A DNA stretch of 64,000 bases, taken from contig NMRA01001022.1 in assembly GCA_002633005.1 (NCBI GenBank), positions 1 to 64,000 of the forward strand, read 5' to 3'. Numbering within the stretch: position 1 is the stretch's first letter; every line of letters starts with the position of its first letter. Under the pieces are notes generated by a model. That model was not told where the DNA came from, did not search any database, and saw only the letters and a list, made by a program, of their open reading frames with translations. This document shows, piece after piece, positions 25,149 to 38,100 of the stretch. The position numbers and the translations under genes are program-made. The DNA is from Phoronis australis. Lineage: Eukaryota; Animalia; Phoronida.

Positions 25149-27951
25149 GGGAGGAGTTGCTTTCTTGAGAGGAGAATCGATTTTTTTGGGAGCGGGAGAG
25201 CTTTCTTGGAATGGGGAATAGACACAGGGGTGATGTGACACTTGTGCGCTTCCATAGAAATAGAACGGCTGCACGAATCTCGTATTAACAGCTGTACTAG
25301 AGGCCACAACGGAATGTTTGGTGTCTACAGACAACAACACCCGGATGTTATTTCAAAGGTAGTCCATTTGTCACGTTTTTCCCTGTGTGTGGGTGGGCGC
25401 AGGTTGTTACAGACCGGTGCTAATAGCTTTCGGTGCGACGATTGACTGAAGACTGGTTCGAGTTAATCCTTTATTAATCCCGACCGTACATTCACATGCC
25501 TACTCAAACAAAACGTCCGACGTAATGTCTGTTTTATGCTCCAGCCAGTGCTCCGTAGCCGATGAAGACGTAGTCGGTGATGTAGAGGTGAGGACGGTTG
25601 GTGTAAGTGTAGTCTGGTGAACAGTTGAAGAAGTCGCCGTGTTATTGATGGTTGGCTGGGTTGAGGTCTCCAAAGGCTGAGGTAGATCTTTGGGTGCCCC
25701 GAAGTGTCGAATTGCCCCGTAATTGCGTGAAGTTACGGATGAAGTGGACGACGGCGGCTGGACGGATGGCACTTGGCGAGATGGTCGACGAGTCTGGTAT
25801 GGCGAGGAAGTTTTTCTCGTGGATTGTCGTGGCATGCTGAAAGGGAAAAGTAAAATGAGCAGAAATGGAACAATGAAACAATAAGCCAGCAACTTAATGG
25901 CTGGACCACGAGGCAAAGGAAAGAAACTGGAGATGTGAATTAAGATGGAATTTCACTCATCATTAAGAACTAAGGAGTAAATTATAGAAGCCTGAATGGT
26001 CGAACCCATAGTTAAACGGGGACTCATGAATAAACTGGCAAAATTAATGCAAACTGTAAGATGAAGTAGACACACAAGGTGTACCTAGAACTAAGTAATA
26101 AGCTCATAGAAACTTGAACTGTCAGACCCGTGTAGAAACGGAAACCAATGAATGCAATGAAAAGTACTTGTAAACTGAAGTAAACACCCAAGGTGTTACC
26201 AGACTGACTTATTCGAATGGCAGTACCGAGCCGTACGAAGTGTAAACTGAAGTAGGCAACCAAGGTGCTACCAGATAGAGTAGTCAATGTACAGGGACCA
26301 CTGCATGGATGGAGTAAACAACGTGTAAACTGAAGAAACGTATAAGCTTAATGGAAGGAGATGTGAAAGGGGAACGGAGCAATAATACAATTACGGACAT
26401 ACTGAAATTATACAAGGAATTAGATGGGGAGGAATGTGGTAGGGGGCAATTATGAGAGGAGAGTCAGGCGGCGGAGGTGGTGGCCGAAAGCAAAGCGGAC
26501 GCTGGGAGCTTGCTTGCGGATGCCTAAAGGGTTAAAGTGGACGAGGNGGGAGGAGTTGCTTTCTTGAGAGGAGAATCGATTTTTTTGGGAGCGGGAGAGC
26601 TTTCTTGGAATGGGGAATAGACACAGGGGTGATGTGACACTTGTGCGCTTCCATAGAAATAGAACGGCTGCACGAATCTCGTATTAACAGCTGTACTAGA
26701 GGCCACAACGGAATGTTTGGTGTTTACAGACAACAACACCCGGATGTTATTTCAAAGGTAGTCCATTTGTCACGTTTTTCCCCGTGTGTGGGTGGGCGCA
26801 GGTTGTTACAGACCGGTGAGAATAGCTTTCGGTGCGACGATTGACTGAAGACTGGTTCGAGTTAATCCTTTATTAATCCCGACCGTACATTCACAAGCCT
26901 GCTCAAACAAAACGTCCGACGTAATGTCTGTTTTATGCTCCAGCCAGTGCTCCGTAGCCGATGAAGACGTAGTCGGTGATGTAGAGGTGAGGACGGTTGG
27001 TGTAAGTGTAGTCTTGTGAACAGTTGAAGAAGTCACCGTGTTATTGATGGTTGGCTGGGTTGAGGTCTCCAAAGGCTGAGGTGGATCTTTGGGTGTCCCG
27101 AAGTGTCGAATTGCCCCGTAATTGCGTGATGAGGTCTGAAGTTACGGATGAGGTGGACGACGGCGGCTGGACGGATGGCACTTGGCGAGATGGTCGACGA
27201 GTCTGGTATGGCGAGGAAGTTTTTCTCGTGGATTGTCGTGGCATGCTGAAAGGGAAAAGTAAAATGAGCAGAAATGGAATAATGAAACAATAGGCCAGCA
27301 ACTTAATGGCTGGGCCACGAGGCAAAGGAAAGAAACTGGAGATGTGAATTAAGATGGAATTTCACTCAACATTAAGAACTAAGGAGTAAATTATAGAAGC
27401 CTGAATGGTCGAACCCATAGTTAAACGGGGACTTATGAATAAACAGCCAAAATTAATGCAAACTGTAAGATGAAGCAGACACACAAGGTGTACCTAGAAC
27501 TAAGTAAAAAGCTCATAGAAACTTGAACTGTCAGACCCGTGTAGAAACGGAAACCAATGAATAAAATGAAAAGTAATTGTAAACTGAAGTAAACACCCAA
27601 GGTGATACCAGACTGACTTATCCGAATGGCAGTACCGAGCCGTACGAAGTGTAAACTGAAGTAGGCAACCAAGGTGCTACCAGATAGAGTAGTCAATGTA
27701 CAGGGACCACTGCATGGATGGAGTAAACAACATGTAAACTGAAGAAACGTATAATAAGCTTAATGGAAGGAGATGTGAAAGGGGAACGGAGCAATAGTAC
27801 AATTACGGGAAATTATACAAGGAATTAGATGGGGAGGAATGTGGTAGGGGGCAATTATGAGAGGAGAGTCAGGCGGCGGAGGTGGTGGCCGAAAGCAAAG
27901 CGGACGCTGGGAGCTTGCTTGCGGATGCCTAAAGGGTTAAAGTGGACGAGG
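25149..27951. repeat. 1.4-kb direct duplication (25149-26546 and 26548-27951) separated by a single N
   Basis: Near-identical copies with scattered substitutions and small indels; the junction is exactly the N at 26547. Confidence 0.95.
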
Positions 27952-28618
27952 TCAGGGCGGTCTTTCCAGAAACCGCCCATATGAATCCAAAAGAAGACCG
28001 TGGGGAGGTCGGTGAGGAGGTATTTGAGGTGGAAGTTAAGGGATTGGCAACTAGCGTTAAAGGTGCCGTCATCGGGAAACGGTAGAATATCATGCCAATG
28101 ATGACCGACTGAACGGAAGGATAAGACTGGAGGATAGACTCGAAAAATGAAATGAGGTCGTGGGCCATGCAGAGACAACGGGTTAGAGTGGGATTAGAGA
28201 GATCGTTTTCGGCGATCTGCAGGAAAACTAAATCGGCCGGGGATTTGGGCAATGGCGGGGGTTAAATGGCAAACAGAACATGGGCCACAGGCGAGTGTGG
28301 CCCCGGACAACCCCAAAGATTTGACGGATACAGTGGACTCGTGGAAGCCCAGATTGGACAGGACCTGGGCGGTCGCCGTAGGCGAATTAAGATAGGCGTC
28401 CAGCCAACGAACGTAGGAACTGCCCAGTGCTGTAGTGGTAAAATTAGAGGTACGTAGGCGCCCAAAGCCTGCACCGTATCACCTTGAGCACTGAAGCTAA
28501 CTTACGGTGCGTAGGCGCTACGTTCAAATGCCAAAAGGTGTTTGGCTGCGCCTACGTGCGCCTAACGCCCCACTGCAGCATAAGTTGAACTGCCCAAAAT
28601 CAAACAACTAGGTGGTCT
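27855..28618 (-). pseudogene. SGNH/GDSL-type hydrolase, frameshifted and MITE-interrupted
   Basis: All four blocks in order: CLILGSSYVRWL (I, after removing the insertion), GLSGAT (II), DLVFLQIAENDL (III), PDLVHFNPLG (V). Stop at 27855. Confidence 0.8.
28425..28575. mobile_element. CAGTG...CACTG MITE inserted in SGNH block I
   Basis: Terminal CAGTG/CACTG; GAACTGCC duplicated at 28417 and 28587, with 11 nt of filler. Confidence 0.65.
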
Positions 28619-30462
28619 GGTTAGTCTAATGAATCAGGAAAACGTTATGATACATGTACCTTACAGAGGTGAAGTGACGGAGAGTGGTGAAAATTCAAGT
28701 AGAAATAGACTGAAAACTCCCAACTTGAAGACAATTATGGACGATGGACCAGTGTTGCGACAAGACAAAGAGATCATGTGGTACAATTAAACCAATAATC
28801 GTACAACTTATAAGAGGGTCACTGACCCAGGAATCCAAAAAAATAAGATAATGAGAACGAAGCAGTATAGCTTACAAAAAAATATTACTTAAAAGATATT
28901 TATAGAAATTTAGACCAAATCGTATTCCATTAGATTTCTACATGTAGCCACGAATATGTTAACTACTATTTACCGACAGGTACGTGTCTAATGCACTCGT
29001 GCACACACAGCTCAAGATGCTGAGAATTATTGAAGATAGAATTGAAATTTTACCACATGGCTCTCTCAGAGTGCATTAGCAGACGCCATTTTCATCTCGT
29101 AGAGATCGCAACTAATCCAACTAAGGAATGATCTATTTTCGTGGACTAAGAAGATCCATATAAGCAACTAGACGTCACACAATTACGTAATTGTAAATCC
29201 AAAGTGCGACAAACTTTACGCGGTAAGGGATACAAGTTGTCACAAATCGCGGAGATTTCATCTATGCTCAAACTCGTAGCAACTTGCACATACGTTTGCA
29301 ACACTGATTGTTTTAGATAAATAGAACGCACTTGCATCTTTCAGGTCTACTGAAGAGCTTTGTGAGGTAGAGCTCCGAAAACCAATGATGACTTAGGAAG
29401 TCGAACGTGACTGGGTCACTTTCGACACTTCATTTGCGCCAAGTTCGCAATGATTTTTGCCTTTCGACAAGCCTGATTTTATGCAAGCTACTCTATCGAG
29501 ATTTCAAATACTAACGATATTCTCAATTTCATGGTAAAGTCTTTAAGATAAAGATACATGTTAGTTGACACTCGACAATTTGACTTTACGAATGACGAAA
29601 TTCGATGCAGGCTCTTCTACAGTGGATATATTCTATCTGTTTTACGGCCTAGTGTCTTATGAGATGAAATGAACGCTTGGTAGCTAGAAATGTTACTAAA
29701 GTGAGGTGATCTCTACAGAGCTACGTCTGCTTGCAGTGATGATCTCTCTATCCTACAATCCTTTGTGCATGAACGCTATTCCTTAATTGGGTACTTTTCG
29801 TAGACGCAAGTCTTGCATGGAAGCTAGCGTGATCACTTACTTCTCTTGTAATACATAGCGATATCTCGCGAAGTTCTGCATTATCTTGCCTATACCCGAA
29901 GTTATAGCCACTTTCTAACGTATGCCAGACCAAATACGCGGATATAAGGTTCAAAAGGAAGACAATGTACCTTTATACACTCACATACTGTAAAGATAAT
30001 CCTTGCTTTCAAAGGGGAAAGCATCCATTTCTGATGTTACCTTATACAACAAGAGCAACTATTTGGCATTTCATTGAAATCCGTCAGTCGGTTCTCTAGG
30101 TATCATTCGGAAACGCTCCTGTACCCAAAACGACACTTGAAAAGCCCTTTGTCGAGAACAAAATGACCACTAGGAGGGGACGCAATAATCGAATCTGCCC
30201 GGAAATAGAAATTGTGCCGGCTCATTAATATCACATACCTTTTTGTCAAGTTTCATTGAAGTACGTCAATGCATTCTCTAGGTATAATACGGAAGTATTG
30301 AAAAAGCCACGCCTTCCTGACTCCAGGGGGCAGAGCAGTTTGAAAAGTAGCATGATGCCTTTCACTTTTGGGCCAAATTTCTTCAAGGAAAGTTCAGCCA
30401 GACGTTTTCAGGATTTCGATAGGACAACCAGATAAGGTAACGTCCGTACGAAGTAACAACAA

Positions 30463-30547
30463 ATGTGTATATATTTATATATGTGTGTGTGTGTGTGCGT
30501 GTGTGTGTGCATATATATGTGCATGTGTGCGTGTGTGTGCGTCTGTG
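30463..30547. repeat. Compound (TG)n/(TA)n microsatellite
   Basis: Direct inspection. Confidence 0.9.
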
Positions 30548-31406
30548 AGGGATGGGTGTTGTCGGATAAAAATGCGTATTCTTGTATACCTTGAAAAGAC
30601 ATTGCTGTGTGTTATGTGCTGTTTCCTTGATGAGCATGTACCATCCATGAAACCATAGAAAGTGATGCTAACGGTCCAATAAAGAGCCATCATATTGGTT
30701 CTGCATTCACAATCATTAGGCAGACACGAATTACCTAGGCAGACTGTGTTCAATAGAGTATAGTAGGGCATGAACGCACGTCTTTGCTTAACGAGTACTG
30801 CTTCAAAATGAATTATAAAACAGTCATGAAAGAATCTCAACATTTTGACTGAGGTGTGTAGTTTGCAGGGGCGTCATGTCTGCCCACAAATTTAAAAATA
30901 CGCATGAAGTTAGCACAGGTTGTAATAATTTGCGCAGTTGCTTGTGGCACAACCACCCAACGTGATAAACCTCCCTTGTACCCAACAAGGTTCCCTGGTG
31001 ACGGTGGTTACTTTCTGTCAATTATCAGAAAGAGGCAATCTTCTTCAAATTAAACATCAATCTTACACAAAATATGCGATTAAGAATGACGCTATTTTAG
31101 TACTTAAAAGTACTAAATTGGTGGCGTCCGGTGTTTAATAGCAATGCTATCTACATCTCATAAGGCATCAGCTATATTTCTTCGTAATTAGGAGTTCAGT
31201 GACTGGTAATCAAGAATTTGTATTACTGTTAATTAGTGGTGCTCAGGCTAATTCATATCTGACATCATCGCTTCAAATGTCACCATGACAATAATACTTC
31301 TTGCTGCCAAGATCCGACAAGATGTCACGTGATTCGTTACCTCGACTGTATTTAAAAGAATTGGGGAGCATAGCTCGTCATTTGTTCTCTCTAGGAAACC
31401 TTGAAC

Positions 31407-32528
31407 ATGAACGTTTCGGGAAGCGGACAACTTAGCACGCCTGTAAAGTTCTCGTCGATTACCTTTATTTCTTTGATAATTCTTACGGGAGGTGTCGGAC
31501 ACTTGGGGACAGTTGTTTTATTTCTACGCAAAAATGCCTTCAAGACTTCTACGAACAGATTGATTTTTACCATGAGTTGCATCCACGTTTTTGAGTGCGT
31601 TACCGTTTTGCCTTTCTATATCGTTTCTCTTACCGAAGTGACTTGGTTTAAAGAATCCAAGGCTTGCGTGTATACGGCGTATGTTGGGGTGCTGACTAGC
31701 GGTTGGATGGCGGTGATTCTTGTTGCAATAGCTGTCTCAAGGTATCTCAAAGTTGTTCATAACAAACTAAAAATTCACGTAAACCACGTCACTGTGGTTT
31801 CATTCACGCTGGTTTTCATCTTGCCCATCATAGTTTTGGCAGTGAGCATTGTTGATGGCTTGCCGCAGTATGACTTGACACAAATGAAATGTAAAATTGA
31901 ATCGCAGGCTTATAAGCACGTGTTTCATGTAGTCATCATTGGACCTACATTGATCGTGTTTCCATTTTGTTACTTACGGATATACTTGACCGTGCGAAAG
32001 AGTAGGGTTCGCGTTGCTAATGGCAGAGGACTTGTGTCGCTGACAAATAGAACAGCTCAGGCAGAACTCGGAAATGGCGCGAAAACCGTCAACGCAGAAC
32101 CACAGCAGGCGAACAGACTTGATGATTGTCCAACCATCTTCTCTATAAGCTTTGCTAAAGATATTGTGCAGCCAGCGTCAACGGCCACTGGTCAAGGAGA
32201 GTTGAGAGATACCAAAGATGTTTCGGCAGCTCAAGAAAACCGACCACATGAGGCCCAGTCTCCAAGAGATTCTCAGCTAACAAAAATAGTCATCATAATA
32301 TTCCTTGGTTATTTGCTTTGTTACGCGGTGCCGGGAATATTGCCAGTTTTTCTGAAGAAGTACGTTGAACATAACACGGATTTTTACGTTATGGTCAACT
32401 TATTGTTCCTTTCGTCCTCTTTAGTGAACTTCGTGATTTTCATTATCATGAATAAAACATTACGTAGAGACCTTTTAAATATATTCAAACCGAAGGAAAT
32501 GTTATACAATGGAAGGGGCATGGTTTAG
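31407..32528 (+). CDS. Intronless rhodopsin-like (class A) GPCR, orphan; melatonin/Moody/Tre1/GPR84-like features
   Basis: 373-aa ORF from the ATG at 31407, after a polypyrimidine-AG acceptor at 31394. Seven hydrophobic segments, IAVSRY, FCYLRIY, long ICL3, TM3 and ECL2 cysteines. AATAAA near 33000. Confidence 0.9.
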   Translation: MNVSGSGQLSTPVKFSSITFISLIILTGGVGHLGTVVLFLRKNAFKTSTNRLIFTMSCIHVFECVTVLPFYIVSLTEVTWFKESKACVYTAYVGVLTSGWMAVILVAIAVSRYLKVVHNKLKIHVNHVTVVSFTLVFILPIIVLAVSIVDGLPQYDLTQMKCKIESQAYKHVFHVVIIGPTLIVFPFCYLRIYLTVRKSRVRVANGRGLVSLTNRTAQAELGNGAKTVNAEPQQANRLDDCPTIFSISFAKDIVQPASTATGQGELRDTKDVSAAQENRPHEAQSPRDSQLTKIVIIIFLGYLLCYAVPGILPVFLKKYVEHNTDFYVMVNLLFLSSSLVNFVIFIIMNKTLRRDLLNIFKPKEMLYNGRGMV

Positions 32529-34779
32529 CGTTTTTGTCATACAGACTACTTGAACAAACAAATATAACTACAAGTTTTTGTCAAAAAGTAATTTATTTCT
32601 GGTCCGAGGATTTGTTGACAATGATTCAACGACGCAAGCTCCTTATTGTCTTCAAAAAGGTAGTTGCAAGCAGCTTTAAAGTGGCGCAGACAGATGAACA
32701 ATTGCTCCTTCCGTCGCACTCTACATTCTTTCCAGTTTCGGTGCTAGCTTGTTTGATATCGGTAAAGAACAGTGGGTGAGTCATCGTTCCTTAAAAAAAT
32801 AGGTAAAAGCCGTTTCTCTGACTGACTTTAAAAATCATTTAAATGTCGTCAGTCAACACTTTTCTCATGGAGTACAGCGTGCTAGAGTCGGGATGTAGAC
32901 CAAAGCCAGAATGTTAATTTGACCAAATTGGACTGTGAATCTAGCTTCGCATTGACAGCAACGGAAATGAAACATTACTTGCAGCATGAATGTGATATAA
33001 ATAAAACTATTGTAAATGAAACCACTTCATTAATTCAACAAAAAATTACTCACAAAGTCGAGAGAAAGTTTTTGTTCACCTTTGTGAACTCGACTCAGTT
33101 TCATCAAATGCACTGTGTGATGAAAGGTAAGTTTAAAAATAGTTCATTTTCAATCTTTAACACTGGGCACTTTTAAATCCCGAAAGAGCAAATATTCCAC
33201 GTTCACACTTATAGAGATGTAGCAGAGATTCGATCACGTTCACCATTTTTTTAAACTGTTTCGTTTTTGCTTTGAACAAGGATTTCTTGAAATCTCATTG
33301 AACTGCGGGAGACGTCGTGCTTGACAGTTGACATTTACAGTCTCTAAACGGAAGCTGGGGGCAGTTTTCAATTCAGTTTATCCACAATTTCTAAAATGCG
33401 ATTGCAAAATCATTTGTTTCATAAATATAAGTATAAAACAATAGATAACATTACTGTCCAGAAATGTAATTAGCATTAGCCTATACACGAGCAGCACCTA
33501 TGCAGAATTCAATCACGGAGGTAAAATAATGAAGTTAAGTGAAACACATCTGCGATTTCTTTTCGCACAAACTACTGCAAATCTGAGAACGGCATGTGAA
33601 TTCGTATAGGTATGTCCTCTCAGCAATTGTGAAAATTTTGCTGGGATTACGTTCCCACTGAAATTTGCGTCGATTAAAATTGTTTGATATTTTTCTACCA
33701 CATGATTATCCTGATTTCTTGATAATTACAACAGTACTAGCCCCAACAACCATTTGGAATACTCTACTAAATCAAGTAAAGGTACGGCAAGCAAACACAA
33801 GTCTCAAAAAGAAACCTGCTGTGTATTTGTAAATCCGAGTCTGGTGAATGCAAAGAATTTGACGCCGATAAATGAAAATAGTTCATGAATTGCCAATAGA
33901 TACATCATTACTTTAAACAAAACTTTTCTCTTGCGCAGTGTAGACCAATCTTTGTCAACAGGAGGTATCTGAGAATAATAAGCTTAGGGTATAGTGTTTC
34001 GTGAAGTTGAAGAACAGTATGTATGAATGCTGCTGAGGTCTTGGGAACTAAATTGCTGTTAACGAAAACTATTTTAATAGCTCGTATGACTAGAAAGAGC
34101 TATTTTAATGAGAACGCTCATGCGCGTCGCGAGGCACGACTGCTAACACAACTGGGTTTGGAAAGTATCATCGGATATGCAGAAGTTTAGCACATCCGGA
34201 AGTTGGTTAACATAATTCTAACGAGAACAATCAAAGCGTTCTTGTCCCCACTCAGACCTTATCGACAACGCCTTGTATTTAGTCAAATATCTAAAAACTG
34301 TGGAGTTTAGCTCGGTAAAATATATATTTTCTAAAAGCAGAAAGCCTGCAGAATTTGATTTCTAATTCTACCAATCTGAGATTAATGTCGACACTCGACC
34401 ATGTCTTATTAGTAATGTAGTTCCATTCTTAACAAAACGAGAGTAACAGTGACATGAACACAATTCCTTCGATACAAATGTTCAAACAATTTTCATTTCG
34501 CGGTCGTTTATGCAACTTTTGTATGAACCCTTAAGCAAAAGTGGAATTTTTTAAAGACAGTTTTTTAACATCAATTGGGAGAACAATGCCCAACCTTAAA
34601 GTTTGTGATTTTCAACTGAGCGAATCTTCGAAATTAGTTTCTGAAATATGTCGATTTCCAGGTTCCGACATAGCACTAACAATTATGTTAGACGTAAAGT
34701 CGTCTTCACGACACAGCTGCATTTCTGGATACATTATCAAATCAGGGTTGACCAACGTATTTATTCACAAGTTTTCTGT

Positions 34780-35045
34780 AAAATCAGGTAATTATGCGTC
34801 TTTACTCAACTATTACACAGACGACGAAATTAAAGAAATGTATATTATCCATTTTAATCTACCCATAAACCTTCATTTAATGTTTAAATACTTTTTCATC
34901 CACAAAATAATTTATACAAACGAAATGTTAAAAAGATTTGGTATTTTACACACAGACCAATGTCCCTATTGCGGCGAGGTTCAGACTTTTCAGCATATGT
35001 TTCACGGCTGCTTCTGTGTTAAGAAATTCTGGAATTCTTTATCAA
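34780..35045 (+). mobile_element. Short L1/Tx1 zf-RVT-like fragment
   Basis: HKIIYTNEMLKRFG..CPYCGEVQTFQHMFHGC..VKKFW. Confidence 0.65.
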
Positions 35046-35070
35046 ATAAAGGCAGAAAATTCAGGACATA

Positions 35071-35139
35071 CCCACTGGGAATCGAACCACAGGTCTTTAG
35101 ATTGCGGGTGTAGTGCTCTTACCACTGAACTACAGAACC
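35071..35139 (-). mobile_element. tRNA-like SINE head of a different family, or tRNA pseudogene
   Basis: TAGTTCAGTGGT (box A) and GGTTCGATTCC (box B); acceptor and anticodon stems do not pair properly. Confidence 0.65.
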
Positions 35140-38100
35140 ACTGAACTACTGAGGTGCGGATATCTCCGCAATTACTGTTTACAGTCAACCATTATGTCAT
35201 ACATCTCATGAGCGGCGTTTCGCCTTTTTCGCACGGGATTTGGACAATTATATATACAATCAGCAAATTACCAGTATGTGTTATTTAGCAATCTATGTGA
35301 AATGTTCAATACCATGTGCACTCATGCTCAACGTTATATATATTTATCGTAAGCTATTTTGCCCGTGGTACGCCACGATCTATATTGCAGAGTAAAACAA
35401 GAGGAGGGTTGCGAATAATGTCATTTATTATGACGTAAATAGATAAAACTAAATAAGACTCTGCAAGATGGGCATGGACAAAACGCCCACCGGCGCGTAC
35501 AATGAATAGCCCTGAAAGGGGGAACCAAAACAAAAGAACTGCCTGAAGGGCTTAAAGGAAAAGTACAGAACATATTAAACACAAAACTTGAAAACACCTA
35601 ACAGGAAGTGTATATGAGAAAAGAGAAAAGTGGAACCGACACTCGGTATGGGAGGTGGGGAAAAATGCAGAGAACGAATCCAGGTCTTGTAGACGACGAG
35701 GTAGGTGGGTGAATGAGAGAGACCACGTTGAACTGAACAAAGGAAATATGGGCGACCAATCAGGTGTCGCATAGAGAAATGTATGAATACAAAAGTAGGC
35801 CCTTGAGGCTATAAATAGAGATGAGTAATGCAAAATAAACCCTAAGGGTTGATATCAAAATAAGGAGACAAATGTCAAAATAATGATTTTAAATGCATTT
35901 AACAAGTTAAATTTAATACATCATCGAGAGATGGGTCTCAACCTTGTTTAATACGTTCAAATGTATACTTTTTAACGCAGTGAACCTCATTGTTTTTAAT
36001 GCCTCTGATAAGACTTCAAAACAGCAGAGGGTTTTGCAGGCATCTCTTTAAAATGATTCAAAAAATTATATCGTGCTATTTTTTAACCACGTGTACGTTG
36101 TATTCTACGAAAACTGACCTTTTCTCAAATATCCACCCACGTAAATGTAAACATAAGTTAATTTAATTAAACCGAGTAAATGTGAGTGTGAATGAGTGTA
36201 TGAAAGTCTTCCCCCTTCCCGTTTCCCTCCCCCTTTTATAGTAGTCTTCGCCCAATAATTAGGAGTTATTTTCCAGATATTTATTTGTTCTATTTGTATG
36301 ACAAATGTACTCTAGTATGTTGTAAAGATATGTAGCTGGAGCCACCCAACCCAGCCGTGTATACTAATCACTAATGATATGCTTTGTGGGTAAACAAACG
36401 TATTGAAAAAAGGGTTGACCAATAACTTTCGAGCATTTCAATTTTGCAGGTGTAAATTAAGTGCTGCTGTTTACTGGTGAAAAATTCTAACAATTGGGAA
36501 TAATGCTGTGCAGTAGACACTTCGTAGTTTTTAATAATCTTGGAGAGCCTCAGCAAAATGTGCATCCCATTCCAGACGATGGTTTATATTAGATAAAACG
36601 TTATTTTAGCACCACTTTAGGTAGTTCAGATGGTCATAGTTGCATACGTTCTTAAATAACGTTGTACCTCTTTTTACTGCCATAATGCACCATTTTTGTT
36701 CTCTCCGAGCAAATTTTTTTTTTCTTTAAAGCGTCTTCTCCCCTCTTGAGCTGCAGAGATGCTGCTACACACTATGGCGAATAACGTCGATAAAGAAATT
36801 ATTGTTCATATACTGCGTACACACAGAGCCAAATGTCCAAACTCGGACTCGAAACGTGGAGACTTTCAGGAAGCAACAGGGACTGATCACGTGGGACCAG
36901 TGATTCACATCGTCACGTAGCTGTACCCGAGAGAGTTCAGTAGCTGTCTCGCGGCTAGGAAACTATAGTCACAATCACGTGTTCTCATTTAAAATACATT
37001 GCAATATCGCGCGTACTTTCTCTTACTTTGTACATAACGTAGAATTGCCGTGAGGACTTGACAGGGACTTCAGGGGTCTCACGCACCACTTATTTATCCA
37101 CATTATGTAGAAAACGCTTTGCCCAGTCACACATTGTGTGTCACAAAAGATATAAGCATACCTGCAGCTGACGCAGCAAGTAGAACAGTGCTACTCTCGT
37201 TTATCACATTGGTGTAGACTAACAGTTGAACTGTGGTTTTCTGTTAACCCCAGACCGTCCGGAGTTGAACCTTATACCAACTCCGGACGGTCTCTCACGA
37301 CGATTTAGCGTTATGTTCGTAGCGGGAATAGTTTGACTTCGTGAAAATACACCATGGTAAATTGTGATTACAAACGTTTGAGCAATACTTTTAATCACAT
37401 TATCGACCTTCCTGATTATCAAGCATTCGAAAATATATGGTTTTACATATTGACATTGAACATTTAAAACATATTAAAAGAAACGTGGCCCTGTGTAACA
37501 AAGGTAGGTAGTGATCTGAAATAACTTTTATCAAACAGCTATAAGACAAGGCCTTTTCAGCCCTTCTAGGTATGCGTCCCGCACAACATTCTAAAACAGA
37601 AATTTCATAGACGTCCTGCTAACAAAAATCCTCGAATTACAGCCAAGTGTCTTTACCCGGCAGTGGATATTCCTAGAGCAATTCGATTGGAATAACGGCC
37701 ATGCATAAAACAACCTCATTAAAATTGAAACCTTCACTGTCACAAAGTGCTTATCATAATAACTGTTACAACGATAAGCTTACATTTCCGTTACCAACTA
37801 TAACATCCAAACGATCAGTGAGCCAAGAAAATGTTTCAGAGTTTATTGTGGTTAGCCAACCATACAATCGCGCATAATTGTCCGAAACATCAATCGATTT
37901 GGCAAAATGAACTAGCACACTATGATGTTTGATAGCATGACGGAAATTTCCCAAACAAATCACTCAATCCTCATCGATTTATAACATGATTAGCTTATAA
38001 AGTAAAAGTTGTCATAAACCAGAAAATCAGATGCCTTGCTGGCGAAGAAAACAACCTTGATGTGTGAGGATATTACAAGACAACATAATATCAAAACTAA

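Larger units (their letters stand above)
24890..28620 (-). mobile_element. Decayed SGNH-hydrolase-bearing element, Ngaro (tyrosine-recombinase retroelement)-like 3' portion or non-autonomous derivative
   Basis: SGNH ORF, then an internal repeat tract, a Ser/Thr-rich ORF (MPRQSTRK...) and a C-rich terminal region shared with 24341-24635. No RT or recombinase seen. Confidence 0.5.

Noticed and set aside
26055-26335. CRISPR array
   Set aside because: Only two good repeats, irregular spacers, no cas genes, eukaryotic context. Kept as a repeat-tract finding only.
29350-29415. Hammerhead ribozyme-like motifs (CTGAAGAGC..GAAA; ATGATGACTTAGGAAGTCGAAC)
   Set aside because: Core nucleotides are incomplete or misplaced relative to stem II; at best a decayed relic.
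35071-35139. Functional tRNA gene
   Set aside because: Box A and B are present but the cloverleaf stems do not pair; more likely a SINE head.
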